Origin: Octopus bimaculoides
Lineage: Eukaryota
Length of the DNA: 59,943 nt
Assembly: GCF_001194135.2 (NCBI RefSeq)
Contig: NC_068988.1
Span: forward strand, 3,090,388-3,150,330
Direction of reading: 5' to 3'
Part shown: positions 1 through 12,593 of the stretch, piece by piece
How positions within the stretch are numbered: position 1 is the stretch's first letter
How the letters are laid out: every line of letters begins with the position of its first letter
Position numbers and translations under genes: made by a program
Notes under the pieces: model-generated
What the model was told of the DNA's origin: nothing
The model's input: the letters and a program-made list of their open reading frames with translations, nothing else
Databases searched by the model: none

Positions 1-456
1 CCTTCGAACATTGGGCCTCACCGAGGTGATGACTACTGACCGAGACCTTTGGAAATGTACTGTGCGTGAGAAGACCCGGCAAGCCAAGTGAGATCGTTGC
101 CAGGGCCCCTGGACTGGCTCTTGTGCGGGTGGCACATAAGACGTACCATCCTGAGCGTGACTGTTGCCAGTACCGCCTGATTGCCCTTGTAGGGTTTTCG
201 AGCGAGATCGTTGCCAGTGCCTCTGGACTGGCTCTTGTGCGGGTGGCACATTAAAGACACCATTTCGAGCGTGGCCGTTTTCGTGCGGTTGACACGTAAA
301 AGCACCCACTACACTCTCTGAGTGGTTGGCGTTAGGAAGGGCATCCAGCTGTAGAAACTCTGCCAAATTAGATTGGAGCCTGGTGTAGCCATCCGGTTGC
401 ACCAGTCCTCAGTCAAATCGTCCAACCCATGCTAGCATGGAAAGCGGACGTTAAAC

Positions 457-488
<32 letters not shown>
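1..488 (+). mobile_element. 3' end of RTE-clade LINE (or non-autonomous derivative): ORF C-terminus, structured 3' UTR, (GAT)n tail
   Basis: Frame from nt 2 reads LRTLGLTEVMTTDRDLWKCTVREKTRQAK* (TGA 89-91), the same as the RTE C-terminus at 8520-8600. The UTR ends GGTTGGCGTTAGGAAGGGCATCCAGCTGTAGAAAC...GGACGTTAAAC(GAT)n. Runs off the window start. Confidence 0.8.
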
Positions 489-489
<1 letters not shown>

Positions 490-544
490 AGGCACATTTT
501 CAGAGTCATTCTAAAAATAATGTCATAGAGAAAGAGACAGAGAG

Positions 545-564
545 AAACAGAGAGTGAAAGAGAG

Positions 565-602
<38 letters not shown>

Positions 603-610
603 AGAAAGAG
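545..610. repeat. (GA)n microsatellite
   Basis: Direct inspection. Confidence 0.95.
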
Positions 611-1371
611 TAATTGCGAATTTAAGTAACGACAGGTCGTTAAACTCCAACAGCTTAATACATTGCAGTGAATTGAAATGGAATTGTCTTTTCTGTATTT
701 GCATAATTAACTAAAACGATCCTTTAGAGCAACATATTTAGAATGGGAAGAAGAAAAGCATAAATTTTGCATATAATTAATATTTTAATTAAGATCAACA
801 GTTGTTTCATTAGTGAAAACATTATTGATTCCATATGGACATAATTAAGATACATAATTAAATCAAATCAAATTAAATTTATTAATATTTTTATAGTAAT
901 TAGTTGCTGGTTGATTAGAAGAAGTTCAATGAGTTAAATTTTTCTTTTGGCAATGAAGCATCAGAAAGGAACCTCTGTTTGGTCATCTGACTTGCAAGAT
1001 ATAGCAGTCAATTTTCCTCAGATCACACTTTACCGTTATATGTTATAACATAACCCCCCACCCCCACCAAAAAAAAAAAAAACTGGATGATTCTGGCTTG
1101 AACATTTGGGATTACACCATTTCATTTAGAACTGATTTATAGCAGAATACCCAGAACAACAATTCTGTCCCTCTTGTAGGAGAAAGACTGCATGATGCAT
1201 GAGACTGCAGAGTAGGAAGGCATGGCCAGTTGATGTGGAGACTGTGTAGAAGCTGGAGAGAAATGAGGTGAACATAATTCTGTGAATTAATAGCATTAAC
1301 CTGCATTAAAGGAAGAGAAGAAATCAATTGAAAGAATGGCTGGGTATGAAAGGCATCAAATGATGTGTGCA

Positions 1372-1402
<31 letters not shown>

Positions 1403-1689
1403 AGTGGGGGAGAAAGATGGTTGTGCTGATAGAAACATTTGATGTCATTTAGTCATTGAGTATGCGTGTGTGTGCGTGTGCGTGTGTGTGTAGGGGTGGT
1501 TGTGTAAAATTGTAGTATGGAGGATGTGGGTGGAAGTGAGAGGGCTGGAAGAGAGAGGGATAGAAATGATGAGGTTTGATCTCAGGATAGTTTCTTTCAC
1601 TGAAGGTGATGATGGAGGGGTGGAGGGGTTGAGGTGAGATATGATTGGCAAAAGAGTGTATGGTAGGACTGCATTGGAATATAATCCTT

Positions 1690-2120
1690 AAAACATTGAT
1701 GATGATGATGAAGGTGCCAGTTCCAATGATGAAAATTGTGGTGGTGATGATGGAAATACAATGACAAGCACAATGATGACGGTTGACATCATGACAATGA
1801 TGATTATGAGGAGGATTATGATGCGGATGGTAATGGTGGGGGTGATTGAAGTGATGACGATGATGGCGATGGTGATGGTGGGGATTATGATGAGGATTGT
1901 GGTGTTGGTGGTGGTGGTGGTAATGATAATGGTAACAACGTCAAAAATGATGGTGATGACAATGATGATGATTATGACAATGATTAATATGATGATGATG
2001 CTGCTGCTGCCACCTATACTAATAGTGATGATGATGGTGATGACGACGACAATGATTATGACAATGATGAAAATGACGGCAGCGATGACAACGCCAATGA
2101 TGATGATGATGATATTTGCC
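1690..2120. repeat. Degenerate (GAT/GGT/GAC)n cryptic trinucleotide repeat
   Basis: The Asp-rich frame has internal stops; the listed Met-rich ORF is a by-product of the repeat. Confidence 0.85.
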
Positions 2121-2659
2121 TAATCTTGATGATTCCATTGTAATGACAAGGGTATTTTAATTGGCATCATATTGATATGAAGAATGTTTCGCTGACAGTC
2201 AGCAGTGTTTGCAGAAATTTCAAACTACTTCCTAGTGTGCTAAAGAATTCTGTGAGGCTTTTATAGCTTATTCCCTGTGTGACAGCTTAATCTTGATGCT
2301 ACTTTAATGTTTCTCATATTTACCATTTATGATCTGGTGCAGCTGAAGAGAATACTTGGAGATCTATCAAATAATATTCAGTAGATTTCAAGAGCTGCTT
2401 TAAGTTGCAGGGCAAAGGGAAAAGGAAAAACAAAAAAAAATTCAAACTACTGTAAAAGCTTGTATTTTATTGAACTTCTTGCAATGGTATTAAAATATAC
2501 AACGATATATATACTGGCTGCAGTTTCAGCACTGAACACACCATCTACAGAATATGATGTCTGCAAATGTTCTTTAGGTGTGTGTCTCACAATCACAGGT
2601 GTTTCGTAGAATTAAGTGAGTGAGTGAGATTTAAATATCGCATAACGAGCAATTATCTT

Positions 2660-2870
2660 TTATCTTTTAATTGTTTCTGTCATTAGAGCAAGGCTAAGCT
2701 GAAGCATGGAATTCTAGTCAAATGAATCAACCCCCAGTAGTTTTCTTTAAAAGCCTGGCATTATTTTATTGGTCTTCTTTGCTGAATTGCTCAGTTATGG
2801 GGATGTAAACACATCGACACCAGTTGCAAGTGGTGATGGAGAACAAACACAGACATGAAGACACAGGCGT
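2660..2870 (-). mobile_element. SINE family A, 3' half, decayed
   Basis: Matches the reverse complement of the 3' half of the 43674-44725 and 17236-17680 copies. Confidence 0.7.
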
Positions 2871-2877
2871 GGGCATG

Positions 2878-3065
2878 TACCATCATCATCATCATCAGTT
2901 AACGTTCGTTGTCAATGCTGACATGCTGGAAGGCTGCACCAGGCTCCAGTCTGATTTGGCATGGTTTTTCTATGGCCAGATGCCCCTCCTAATGTCAACC
3001 ACTCTGAGAGTGTAATGGATGCTTTTACATGCCAATTTGCATGACACTGGTGTCTGCCACGACTG
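2878..3065 (-). mobile_element. RTE 3' UTR/tail fragment
   Basis: (CAT)n followed by decayed GATGCCCTTCCTAACGCCAACCACTC-like sequence. Confidence 0.7.
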
Positions 3066-3229
3066 CGATTTTGCTCAGCTTGATGTGTCTTCTTCTCAAG
3101 CTCGACATAATGCCAAAGGTCTGGGTCATTGTGTTTGTGAGGCCCAACGCTCAAAAGGAACTCGGCTACTTAGCCTCTGTGAGACTCATCACTCAAAAGG
3201 AACTCAGCCACTTTGCTTCCATGAGGCAT

Positions 3230-3890
3230 AATGTTCAAAAGCGAGATACATGGTTGGTCCTAAATGCAAAGACCTCCCCTGGTAAAAAATGCAACACTCA
3301 GCATAGATTAATCATTAGTGATTTCAAACCACAGGCAGAAGGATTCCAAGAAGAAAGCCAGTTTGGAAAAGGACCTGAAAGCTTAAGGATCCTCTGAATA
3401 TTCAGAGATATAGAGACATCTTAACCGAAGCATTTATTGAGAAGGAGGAAGAATGTAGCATAGTGGATAACTGGAAGTTCCTATGGAACAACTCACTGAG
3501 TGCCATAGACCAAATTTGTGGCTGGTGCAAAGTCCCAACCATACCTAGAGTGACATGGTAGGGAACAGTGTAGTTGACAGGGCCATAAGAACAAAGAAGA
3601 TGGACTGGAAGGGCAGTGGTAACAAGGAACTATATCAGAAAGCTAAATGGGAGAGTTTGGGACATTTACACCCCATGGACAATAACCCACCCCACCCCCT
3701 AAGGACAACAGATGATGATTTAAAATTTCTTAATATATTGGAGACGGGGTAATTTACCAAGTGGGGGGGGGGGGTAATTGTCCTGGGGGTAGTTGTTGTC
3801 AGGGAGTAATTGTCCTCAGTGGATAATTGTCCTGATATGAGATGGGAAACTAGGAGGCAGATATACCAAGCCAGGGATGAAGCATATTGT
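3230..3890 (+). mobile_element. Decayed RTE LINE fragment (end of APE domain plus linker), interrupted by a MITE
   Basis: PGKKCNTQHRLIISDF resembles the APE C-terminal HRLV motif. The downstream DQICGWCK..VDRAIR..KELYQKA is homologous to 25720-26040. Confidence 0.7.
3655..3842. mobile_element. MITE-like insertion with GGACAATAACCC / GGGTAATTGTCC inverted motifs
   Basis: Splits colinear RTE sequence; flanked by the imperfect duplication AAATGGGAG/AGATGGGAA; repeated subterminal TAATTGTCC motifs. Confidence 0.55.
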
Positions 3891-5109
3891 GACGAAACCA
3901 ATTTTTTAACTGCATGACAGCCACGTCTTCCCTTCATCTCTACTTTTACTGTTTAAAACATAATTCTCTTTTCTAGAGCCATCATTCAGCACTGGGTTAT
4001 AGATTCCTCTGCATTATATCATTATATGGAAACAGAATGGTACAGGAGCAAGCATTTTTGTGTTACACAGCTGTAGAACATACCAAGCTAAATAGCCATT
4101 GAATAATTAGAAATTCTTCTGTCTGTTCCTTTGAAGAAAGTCCCATAATGTCTGAGAGTGTGTGAGATATCTATTAGTTAGTGGCAGGAAATATTTAACA
4201 TTTTTAATGATAAATCACATTAAATGGTAATAGAATGATCCAAAGATAGTAGCGAGAGATTTAATTCTCCTGGTGTTGTCTTTACAATCACCTGCTCCAT
4301 GGAAAAGACAAAAGTTTTCACAGAGTATTTCTGAAGAAATGCAATTCTCTCAACAATACTGTTACAAGAATATATTATTTAGGAAATAGTTAAAAGGAAT
4401 GAAAAATACGAAAAAAAGAAACATTGTTTTTACAGAGAAATTAGTTTCTAGAAGTGGAAATATCTTAGTGAATCAGGTAAAGTTTGTGTGTTTTGCAATA
4501 TCTATTGGATCAAATGTTACAGTGGCTGAGTTGTAGAAATGATAAGAACTTCTTGGAATTATATCTGATCCTTGGAAGGAATTTTAAGGACCAGTGCTTT
4601 GTTCTACAGTCACAATGTTAAGTGAATGAAAAATAAATAAATAATCCCAGTCTTTCTCAGAGAAGCATTCATAGATAACCTGGTACTTCTTCTTAGCATG
4701 TTGGTGAACTGGGGCAGAAATGATTGAGTGTGCAGCTCAAATACAGTGCAAGCTTTCTGTTACTGCTGGTTGTAACAAGCCACTGGGAATTAAATTGTTT
4801 TGCTGCAAATACCTTCGTGTGGCAGTGATAAGATGAACTCAGTCGTGGTTTGTATGCATGTCCAATAGATTATAAATATGGATCCTAAAGCTTTAAGAAT
4901 GGTTTCAATTTCATATTTGATAGCCCAATACTTTTCTAAATGCATGAAATAATGAAGTTTTAATCTTTATAAATTATACATACACATTACAAGACTATTT
5001 ATATACATATATATATAAATACACACACATATTAGGTTGGCAACTAAGTTCCCACCGTTTTTTTTTTATTTTGGAATTTATTTTTTTTGAGAATTCTATT
5101 TTTGAATAA

Positions 5110-5272
5110 TTTTGGAATCTATTTTGTTTCCGTCTACCAAAATCCACTCACAAGGCTTTGCTCGGCCCATGGCTATAACAGAAGACACTTTCCCAAAGTG
5201 CCATTCAGTGAGACTGAACCTGGAACCTTGTGATTGGGAAGCAAACTTCTTACCACACAGCCATACCTGCCC
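5110..5272 (-). mobile_element. SINE family A, 5' half
   Basis: Reverse complement of the tRNA-like head (A box TGGCTGTGTGG, B box GGTTCAGTC) and the body GCCTTGTGAGTGGATTTGGTAGACGGAAAC. Confidence 0.8.
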
Positions 5273-7204
5273 ATGTATATTCTATCTGTAATTCTAAGGT
5301 TCAACCTTGTCATATTGTGTCTTCTTGATTCAACTAATCACATTAACAGCACATATGTCTGTGGAATACCCAACCAATGACTTACAAATTTCACAGTAAT
5401 TCTATTGATCAAACAAGCAAATGTTCCTCATTGAAACCAATGAAGAATCTTCAAACCAATTCCTGCTTATACTCAGGTATATTAGTAAACTGCAGGTATA
5501 TTAGTAAACTGCACAAAGAAAGATAATTCAGTACTTTAAAAGCTTCTTTTCACACGGATAACTTTTAATGGTATTTTAATGCACAACTTCCAAATAATGT
5601 GAGGTGGTCTTTTAAATGATTAAATATGTATAATGTATATATATTCAAATATTTTGTCATTTAGAGCTATTCATAATATATTATTATCATACATAAAAAA
5701 ATTCCTACTCATAATTATGTATTCAATATAATATTTATTTATAGTTTGAAATTTTAAAATGCTAAAGTTTATTGTTGTGTTGAGAAAAGAAAGAAAATTT
5801 AAACTTTTAAGCTGTTCTTTTATGAGAGTAAAACTGAGAAACATGAGGGTGGGCTGGCTTTTTGTTGACAGTGTTACCATAAAAGAAAAAAGAATGATAA
5901 AAGATTGTGTTGACAGATTGAAGCATTTAGATTATGATGATGGATTAGAAGAAAAAATGGTTAGTCAAGAAGGTTAGTACTTTAGCCCTGGAACTAATTT
6001 GGTCACTGTAGCCCTGATGTAAATATGATGTAATAATAATGTAGATGAGATCACATTGTAGCAGATTCAAAACCAAGTTAATGGAAAGACCAAACAGACA
6101 CCAAGATGAGATCACTGTTGTTTCACATGATTAACTGATTAACTGACCAATCAGCATCAAGCTATTGTGTGATTGTACTTGCTAGAACTTTCTCATGAGC
6201 CCTATAAAAAGGTGCATTTATGGTGGCAAGTGCAGAATGCTGAAAAAGCTGCTTTAATGTCTGCCTTCTCATAACAGTTTAGAAGATACAGATTTTGTCA
6301 TCATGAATATAGTGTGATTATTCTCCGTTTGTGATGGGCCGGCCACAGATTACTATAAAGCTGTTGAATTGTTGTAGATCTCAGTAGCATGTCTCTGCCG
6401 ATGTGTATAAATTGTTGCTTTTAATTGTCATCAAAGGACCAACGCTGAAGACACAATGTGCAGTAAATAAATCTTTTGTCAATTGTTTTTGAGTGTTGTT
6501 AATTACTTCTAAATGCAGCCCTAGAAAAACATTTTCATCCTCCACCAACAACAAGTGCACAAATTTGCTAGTCACAGCATCATATTTATATCAGACTATG
6601 AAATAGAGTCCTAACTCTAGATGAGATCAAAGCAATTGAAGGAAGATTTCATTGAAACTGTTTCCCATCACCCTTGTGTTTGAGATGAAGGCTTAGGCAT
6701 AATGGCAGGGAGCTAGTGCTGCTTTAAAACTGTAACTTATGGTCATTTCTAATAGCCTTGGTCAATATAGTTGGTCAAAGTTAAATATATTGACCATGAA
6801 TACTGTGGCGTGATACAATATAAAGGCAGCTGGGTGTTGAGCATTCTATGAAGCTGACTGTCAACACTCCATGACAGCAGGTCAGCAGAAACGATCACAC
6901 ACAATGTGACATAGACATAGTTAGATATTCAAAGGTCAAGTAAAGTGAAATGTCATATGGAAAGGAATCAGAAAGGGAGAAAGAGAGAGAGAGAGAGGAA
7001 GAGAAAACGAGAGAGAGGGAGAGAGAGAATAGAGGGGGAGGGAAAGATTCAAAGAGCAAAAATAACAATATTTATTTCTTGTCATGCCGTGATTGTAAAC
7101 ATAGATTCCTTCATATGCAGTTAGAGGTGAGATCAGATGCACAATGCACACTCACTTACAGATGTTTACAAACGTACATATATACATGTGTGAGGATGTG
7201 AGTA

Positions 7205-7234
7205 TATATACGTGCATATATATACATACATAGC

Positions 7235-7314
<80 letters not shown>

Positions 7315-7655
7315 CATATATATATATATATATACATACACATAGAGATATTGATAGATGGATACATACATACGTACAAGTGCATAGATATATACATGAG
7401 TACATATCTATATTTCCTGTTTAGATGAGGGACTCCACACACACACACAAACGCAACACACACACACAACGCAACACACACACACACAACACAACACACA
7501 CACATACACACAACACACACACACAACATACACACACACAACACATACATACAGACACACACATATGCACACTCACAATGCCCAATGCACAACATACTCA
7601 CACACATACACACAACACACACACATGCATACAACACATACACATATACATCAAT
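7205..7655. repeat. Compound (TA)n plus degenerate (CA)n microsatellite
   Basis: Direct inspection. Confidence 0.95.
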
Positions 7656-7671
7656 ATATTTATATATGACA

Positions 7672-7822
7672 TGCTTCTTTCAGATTCTATCTACCAAATC
7701 CACTCGCAAGATTTTGTTTGACCCAAGGCAGTAGTAGAAGATGCTTGCCATAGATGTCCCACTGCAGGACTGACACCAGGACCACGTGGTTGGGAAGCAA
7801 ACTTCTTACCACACGGCCATGC
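7672..7822 (-). mobile_element. SINE family A, 5' half
   Basis: Same head and body as 5110-5272. Confidence 0.8.
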
Positions 7823-7924
7823 CTGTGCCTATATATATATGGATGTGTGTGTATGTGCGTGTATATATACATGCATATATATATATATATATATATAGAT
7901 ATATAGATATATACTCATTGCTGT

Positions 7925-8110
7925 TTTACTCTTTTACTTGTTTCAGTCATTTTGACTGTAGCCATGCTGGAGCACCGCCTTTAGTCAAGCAAATCAACCC
8001 CAGAACTTATTCTTTGTAAGCCTAGTACTTATTCTATTGGTCTCTTTTGCCGAACCGCTAAGTAAGTGCACCCGCATTGGTTGTCAAGTGATGTTAGGGG
8101 GCAACAAACA
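7925..8110 (-). mobile_element. SINE family A, 3' half
   Basis: CTTTTACTTGTTTCAGTCATTTGACTG..CCATGCTGGAGCACCGCCTTTAGTC, matching other copies. Confidence 0.8.
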
Positions 8111-8149
8111 CAGCTCATCAGACCCTATATAAAGACAAAAATTTAAAAT

Positions 8150-9305
8150 TCTTATATCACAGACATGAGTAAACACTCAGAAATCAAGAAATACGTCTTA
8201 ACAAAAACATATGGCAGTGAAACATGGGCCGTGACTGCTGAAGACATGCATAAGCTCACAAGAAATGAAGCCAGTATGCTCTGATGGATGAGTAATGTTA
8301 GTGTGCATATTTGACAGAGTGTAAGTACCTTGAGAGAAAAGTTAGACCTAAGAAGTCTTAGTTGTAGTGTGCAACGGGATAATTGCGCTTGTATGGTCAT
8401 GTGGCAAGAATGGATGAGGATAGCCATGGGAAAAAGTGCCACAGCCAAGCGGTTGAGGGTACCTGTGGAAGAGGTAGACCCAGGAAGACCTGGGATGAGG
8501 TGGTGAAGCACGACCTTCAAACATTGGGCCTTACCAAGGCAATGACTAGCGACCAAGACCTTTGGAAATATGCTTAACTTGAGAAGACCTGGCAAGACAA
8601 GTGAGACCATAAGCCATGGCCTTTACCAGGGGTGTAGCCAGCCCATTTATGCGTACCTTTCCTTCTTTAGACACAAAACCCTGCTTGCGAAGACGTGTTG
8701 GGGCAAGTGAAATCGAAATTGAAATTGAACCAAATTCGACTACTGGCAACCATGCCAACCTTCCTTCATTGGACACTAAACTCTGCTTGCAAAGACCTGT
8801 TCGGGCAATTGAAATTGAAACAGAACCAAATTCGATGACTGGCACCCTTGCCAGCGGAGCGCTAACAGCACCATCTGAGCAGCATCACTTCCAGAGCAGC
8901 ATCACTTCCAGAGCAGCTGTCTGGCTCCCATGCCGGTGGCATGTAAACGGCAACATTTGAGCGTGAGCATCACCAGTGTTGCCTTAGTGGCACTTGAACA
9001 AAACATTCGAGCGAGGTTGTTGCCAGTGCCGCTGGACAGACTCCTGTGCAGGTGGCACGTAAAAAACGCCATTTGAGTGTGGCCATTGCCAGTACAACCA
9101 GACTGGCCCTCATGCCGGTGGCATGTAAAAGCACCCACTACACTCTCGGAGTGGTTGGCATTAGGAAGGGCATCCCGCTGTAGAAACTCTGCCAAATCAG
9201 ATTGGAGCCTGGTGCAGCCATCCGGTTTGCCAGTCCTGAGTCAAATCGTCCAACCCATGCTAGCATGGAAAGTGGACATTGAACGATGATGATGATAATA
9301 ATGAT
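8150..9305 (+). mobile_element. 5'-truncated RTE LINE: post-RT ORF end, 3' UTR with repeated modules, (GAT)n tail
   Basis: YGSETWAVTAEDMHKL..., RLYGHVARMDEDS..GRGRPRKTWDEVVKHDL (RTE C-terminal signature); UTR and tail as in 1-488. Confidence 0.85.
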
Positions 9306-9745
9306 GTTGTCGTCGTCGTTTAACGTCCGCTTTCCATGCTAGCATGGGTAGGACGATTTGACTGAGGACTGGTGAAACCGGATGGCAACACCAGGCTCCA
9401 GTCTGATTTGGCAGAGTTTCTACAGCTGGATGCCCTTCCTAACGCCAACCACTCAGAGAGTGTAGTGGGTGCTTTTACGTGTCACCCGCACGAAGGCCAG
9501 TCAGGCGGTACTGGCAACGGCCATGCTCAAAATTGTGCATTTCATGTGCCATCCGCACAAGAGCCAGTCCAGGGGCACTGGCAACGATCTCGCTCGAAAA
9601 AAAAAAAAAAATTCATGTGTCACCCGCACAAGAGCCAGTCCAGGNNNNNNNNNNATTCATGTGTCACCCGCACAAGAGCCAGTCCAGGGGCACCGGCAAC
9701 GATCTCGCTCGAAAGATTTCATGTGTCGCCCGCACATGAGCCAGT
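9306..9745 (-). mobile_element. RTE 3' UTR/tail, young copy, tail-to-tail with the preceding copy; contains a 10-N gap
   Basis: Near-exact reverse complement of about 95-470. Confidence 0.85.
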
Positions 9746-11134
9746 CCAGGGGGCGTGTGTGTGTGTATTTATTCATAAAGTGAATGCAAGAGAGAGATTG
9801 ATAGATAGATATAAATATATTTTATACAAATCATCCTAGTTTTCAAGTGTCTGTAAAACAGCCATCTATATATCTGTCAATAAACAAAGCATAGAAGCTT
9901 CATACATTCAAAGCAGCCATGTTTTTCCTTCCTTTATCAATCTAACATGCAGTAATACAAGAGTTTCAAAATAAGTAGGAAACGTGTAAGTGAGGAACGA
10001 AGCAAATCAATATTGAAACAGTTCCTGTCAGCATCATATCAATATTGGTTATTACAGACCCATAGTTGGGTTATTTGCACCACAAGGTCAAGAATTTAAG
10101 AGCTTATGTACACACACACACACACACACACACATATTGTACTGGATAACTTAATCAAATGGCTCCGGCGGTAATCCACTGCAGTTGTCTTCTACTAGAT
10201 TCAGCCAGTATACTTAATTCTTTGTTCCATTCTCAGACTAGTTGTCAGATCATAAATATTCCCTTAGATAAATCATGGAACCTTAAAATCCCCTCACTTG
10301 TGTTTAGGATAAATTTACATATTTTTGTTTTCACAACTATGAATTATGGGGGATAAGCAGCTTGCTGGAAGCGACAGGAGAAGAATTGAATCCAAATCCT
10401 ACCATGGATACATTTTAAGAGAAATATGTCCTGAAGTCAATAGGCTAATCCCTCTCTCTCTCTTTTATTGATAGATGCATCTGATTAAGCCAAACCGAGA
10501 AAGAGATTCTATTTTTTACTGTTGAATGAAATGAATAAACTTCAGCAAATGACCTCTTCTTTAAAATTCTTGTTTAGCTAAATAATTGCAAAGAACTAAA
10601 TTCTTCAATATAACCAGACCCTCAATAAATCTAATTATAATGATTTTTCTCTTTTTCTATTAAATTCTTAATACAAGTACAAAGATAAAATATTTGAAAC
10701 AGAACTAATATATTGAAGAAACATTATAGGAATTTTTAAAAATCCCCCACAACTCAGGTGCTTAAGTTTGCTATTTCAAGACAAATGCAAATAGAAATGG
10801 TTAAATCAATTCTTTTCTAATTGACTAAAAATTTTATTCATCTCATGTTTCATTTAACCTGAGTTTTGTCTTCATTTTAAACCTCTGAGATTACAGCCAT
10901 TAATGAATCTTCAATAAGACATGCCATGGTTTATTTAACTATGTGCTGCTTATTGTTGACTCAGATTAGTAACAAAGAACTCAACTTAGACACTGAATAA
11001 ATTTTCAAAGATTGCATTCATTAAACAGTTTCTAATAAAGCTATTATGCCAACCAAATTTCACATTCACTACTTAATGCTTTCTAATTTGGTATTAACAG
11101 ATTCTTTCAAAGTCTTTTATTATTTACCCTATGC

Positions 11135-11200
<66 letters not shown>

Positions 11201-11219
11201 TTATGTATATTATGTCTTA

Positions 11220-11410
11220 TATTTGTTTCAGTCAAAGGACTGTGGCCATGCTGCAGCACTGCCTTCAAAGAATTTTAGTCAAACAAATTGACTCTAATAC
11301 TCATCTTTTTAAGCTTCGCATTTATTCTATCACTTACATTCACTGAATCACTTTTTTATGGGGGTGTAAATAAACCAGCAGCAGTTATCAAGCAGCAGTG
11401 GAGACAAACA
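11220..11410 (-). mobile_element. SINE family A, 3' half, decayed
   Basis: TTGTTTCAGTCAAAGGACTGTGGCCATGCTGCAGCACTGCCTT, matching family A. Confidence 0.7.
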
Positions 11411-11654
11411 CAAAAGTGCACACACATGCATACACACACACATTTATATATATGCATGTGCGTGTGTGTTTGGAAGGATATACTATCTGGGAGTATACTG
11501 TATTGGCTCTCAGTTAAGCTCCAGTTAATGGCTAACCACTTTTGGTCCGTATTTAATATCTGTAATTACTATTTGTTGTTAGTTACTCCATGAATTCTTC
11601 CAATGGGTAATTCTGTGTACTTTTCACTGGGCAGTAAAAGCTGCCTCGTGTATA

Positions 11655-12110
11655 TCATCATCATCATCATCATCGTTTAACGTCCGCTTTCCATGCTAGC
11701 ATGGGTTGGACGATTTGACTGAGGACTGGTGCAACCGGATGGCTACACCAGGCTCCAATCTAATTTGACAGAGATTCTACAGCTGGATGCCCTTCCTAAC
11801 GCCAACCACTCAGAGAGTGTAGTGGGTGCTTTTACGTGTCACCCGCACGAAAACGGCCACGCTCGAAATGGTGTCTTTAATGTGCCACCCGCACAAGAGC
11901 CAGTCCAGGGGCACTGGCAACGATCTCGCTCGAAAACCCTACAAGGCCAGTCAGGCGGTACTGGCAACGGTCACGTTCAGGATGGTACATCTTATGTGCC
12001 ACCCGCACAAGAGCCAGTCCAGGGGCCCTGGCAACGATCTCACTTGGCTTGCCGGGTCTTCTCACGCACAGCACATTTCCAAAGGTCTGGGTCAGTAGTC
12101 ATCACCTCGG
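11655..12110 (-). mobile_element. RTE 3' end, young copy, inverted relative to 1-488
   Basis: Reverse complement aligns by eye almost base for base with about 25-488; ORF 11826-12098 translates nearly identically to ORF 33-305. Confidence 0.9.
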
Positions 12111-12541
12111 TGATATATATATATATATATATGCATATGATATAAATTACATATATATGCATATATATATATATATATATATACATATATGCATATAGAA
12201 CATGGAGACTTGTTCATCCACAAAATTTATTTTATAATTTTATACAGCATATATAATGACCTACACGTGTTTCCACTGCACTGACTACTCACAGTTGCAG
12301 AACAACCACCCCCACTACTGATTCAATCACCTAAGTAATGGAAACTATCTACTACTCCTAGGGATCTTCCCTAACATATGAGGTAGTCAATTTTTTGTAC
12401 ATTCCAAGTATTTAATGTACCTGCACATCTGTCACATGTAAAGACTACCTTCTCCCTAAGTCATCCAGCGACACAGCTGCATCTTGGGCAGTGTCTATAG
12501 CTTGCATTGGGTACAATATATGTGTATGTGTGTGTGTGTAT

Positions 12542-12593
<52 letters not shown>

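Noticed and set aside
33-305. Near-identical ORFs at 33-305, 9469-9783 and 11826-12098 as a small gene family
   Set aside because: They are antisense to RTE 3' ends; the identity reflects repeat copies
1761-2123. Met-rich or Asp-rich ORF as an acidic biomineralisation-type protein
   Set aside because: The Asp frame has stops and no splice support; a degenerate trinucleotide repeat explains it
5477-5512. Short tandem duplications (5477-5512, 16925-16975, 34213-34263)
   Set aside because: Ordinary slippage duplications of about 19-26 bp
12255-12300. Minus-strand GAAACACGTGTA palindrome as a hammerhead
   Set aside because: No intact CUGANGA, and no convincing stem I or stem II
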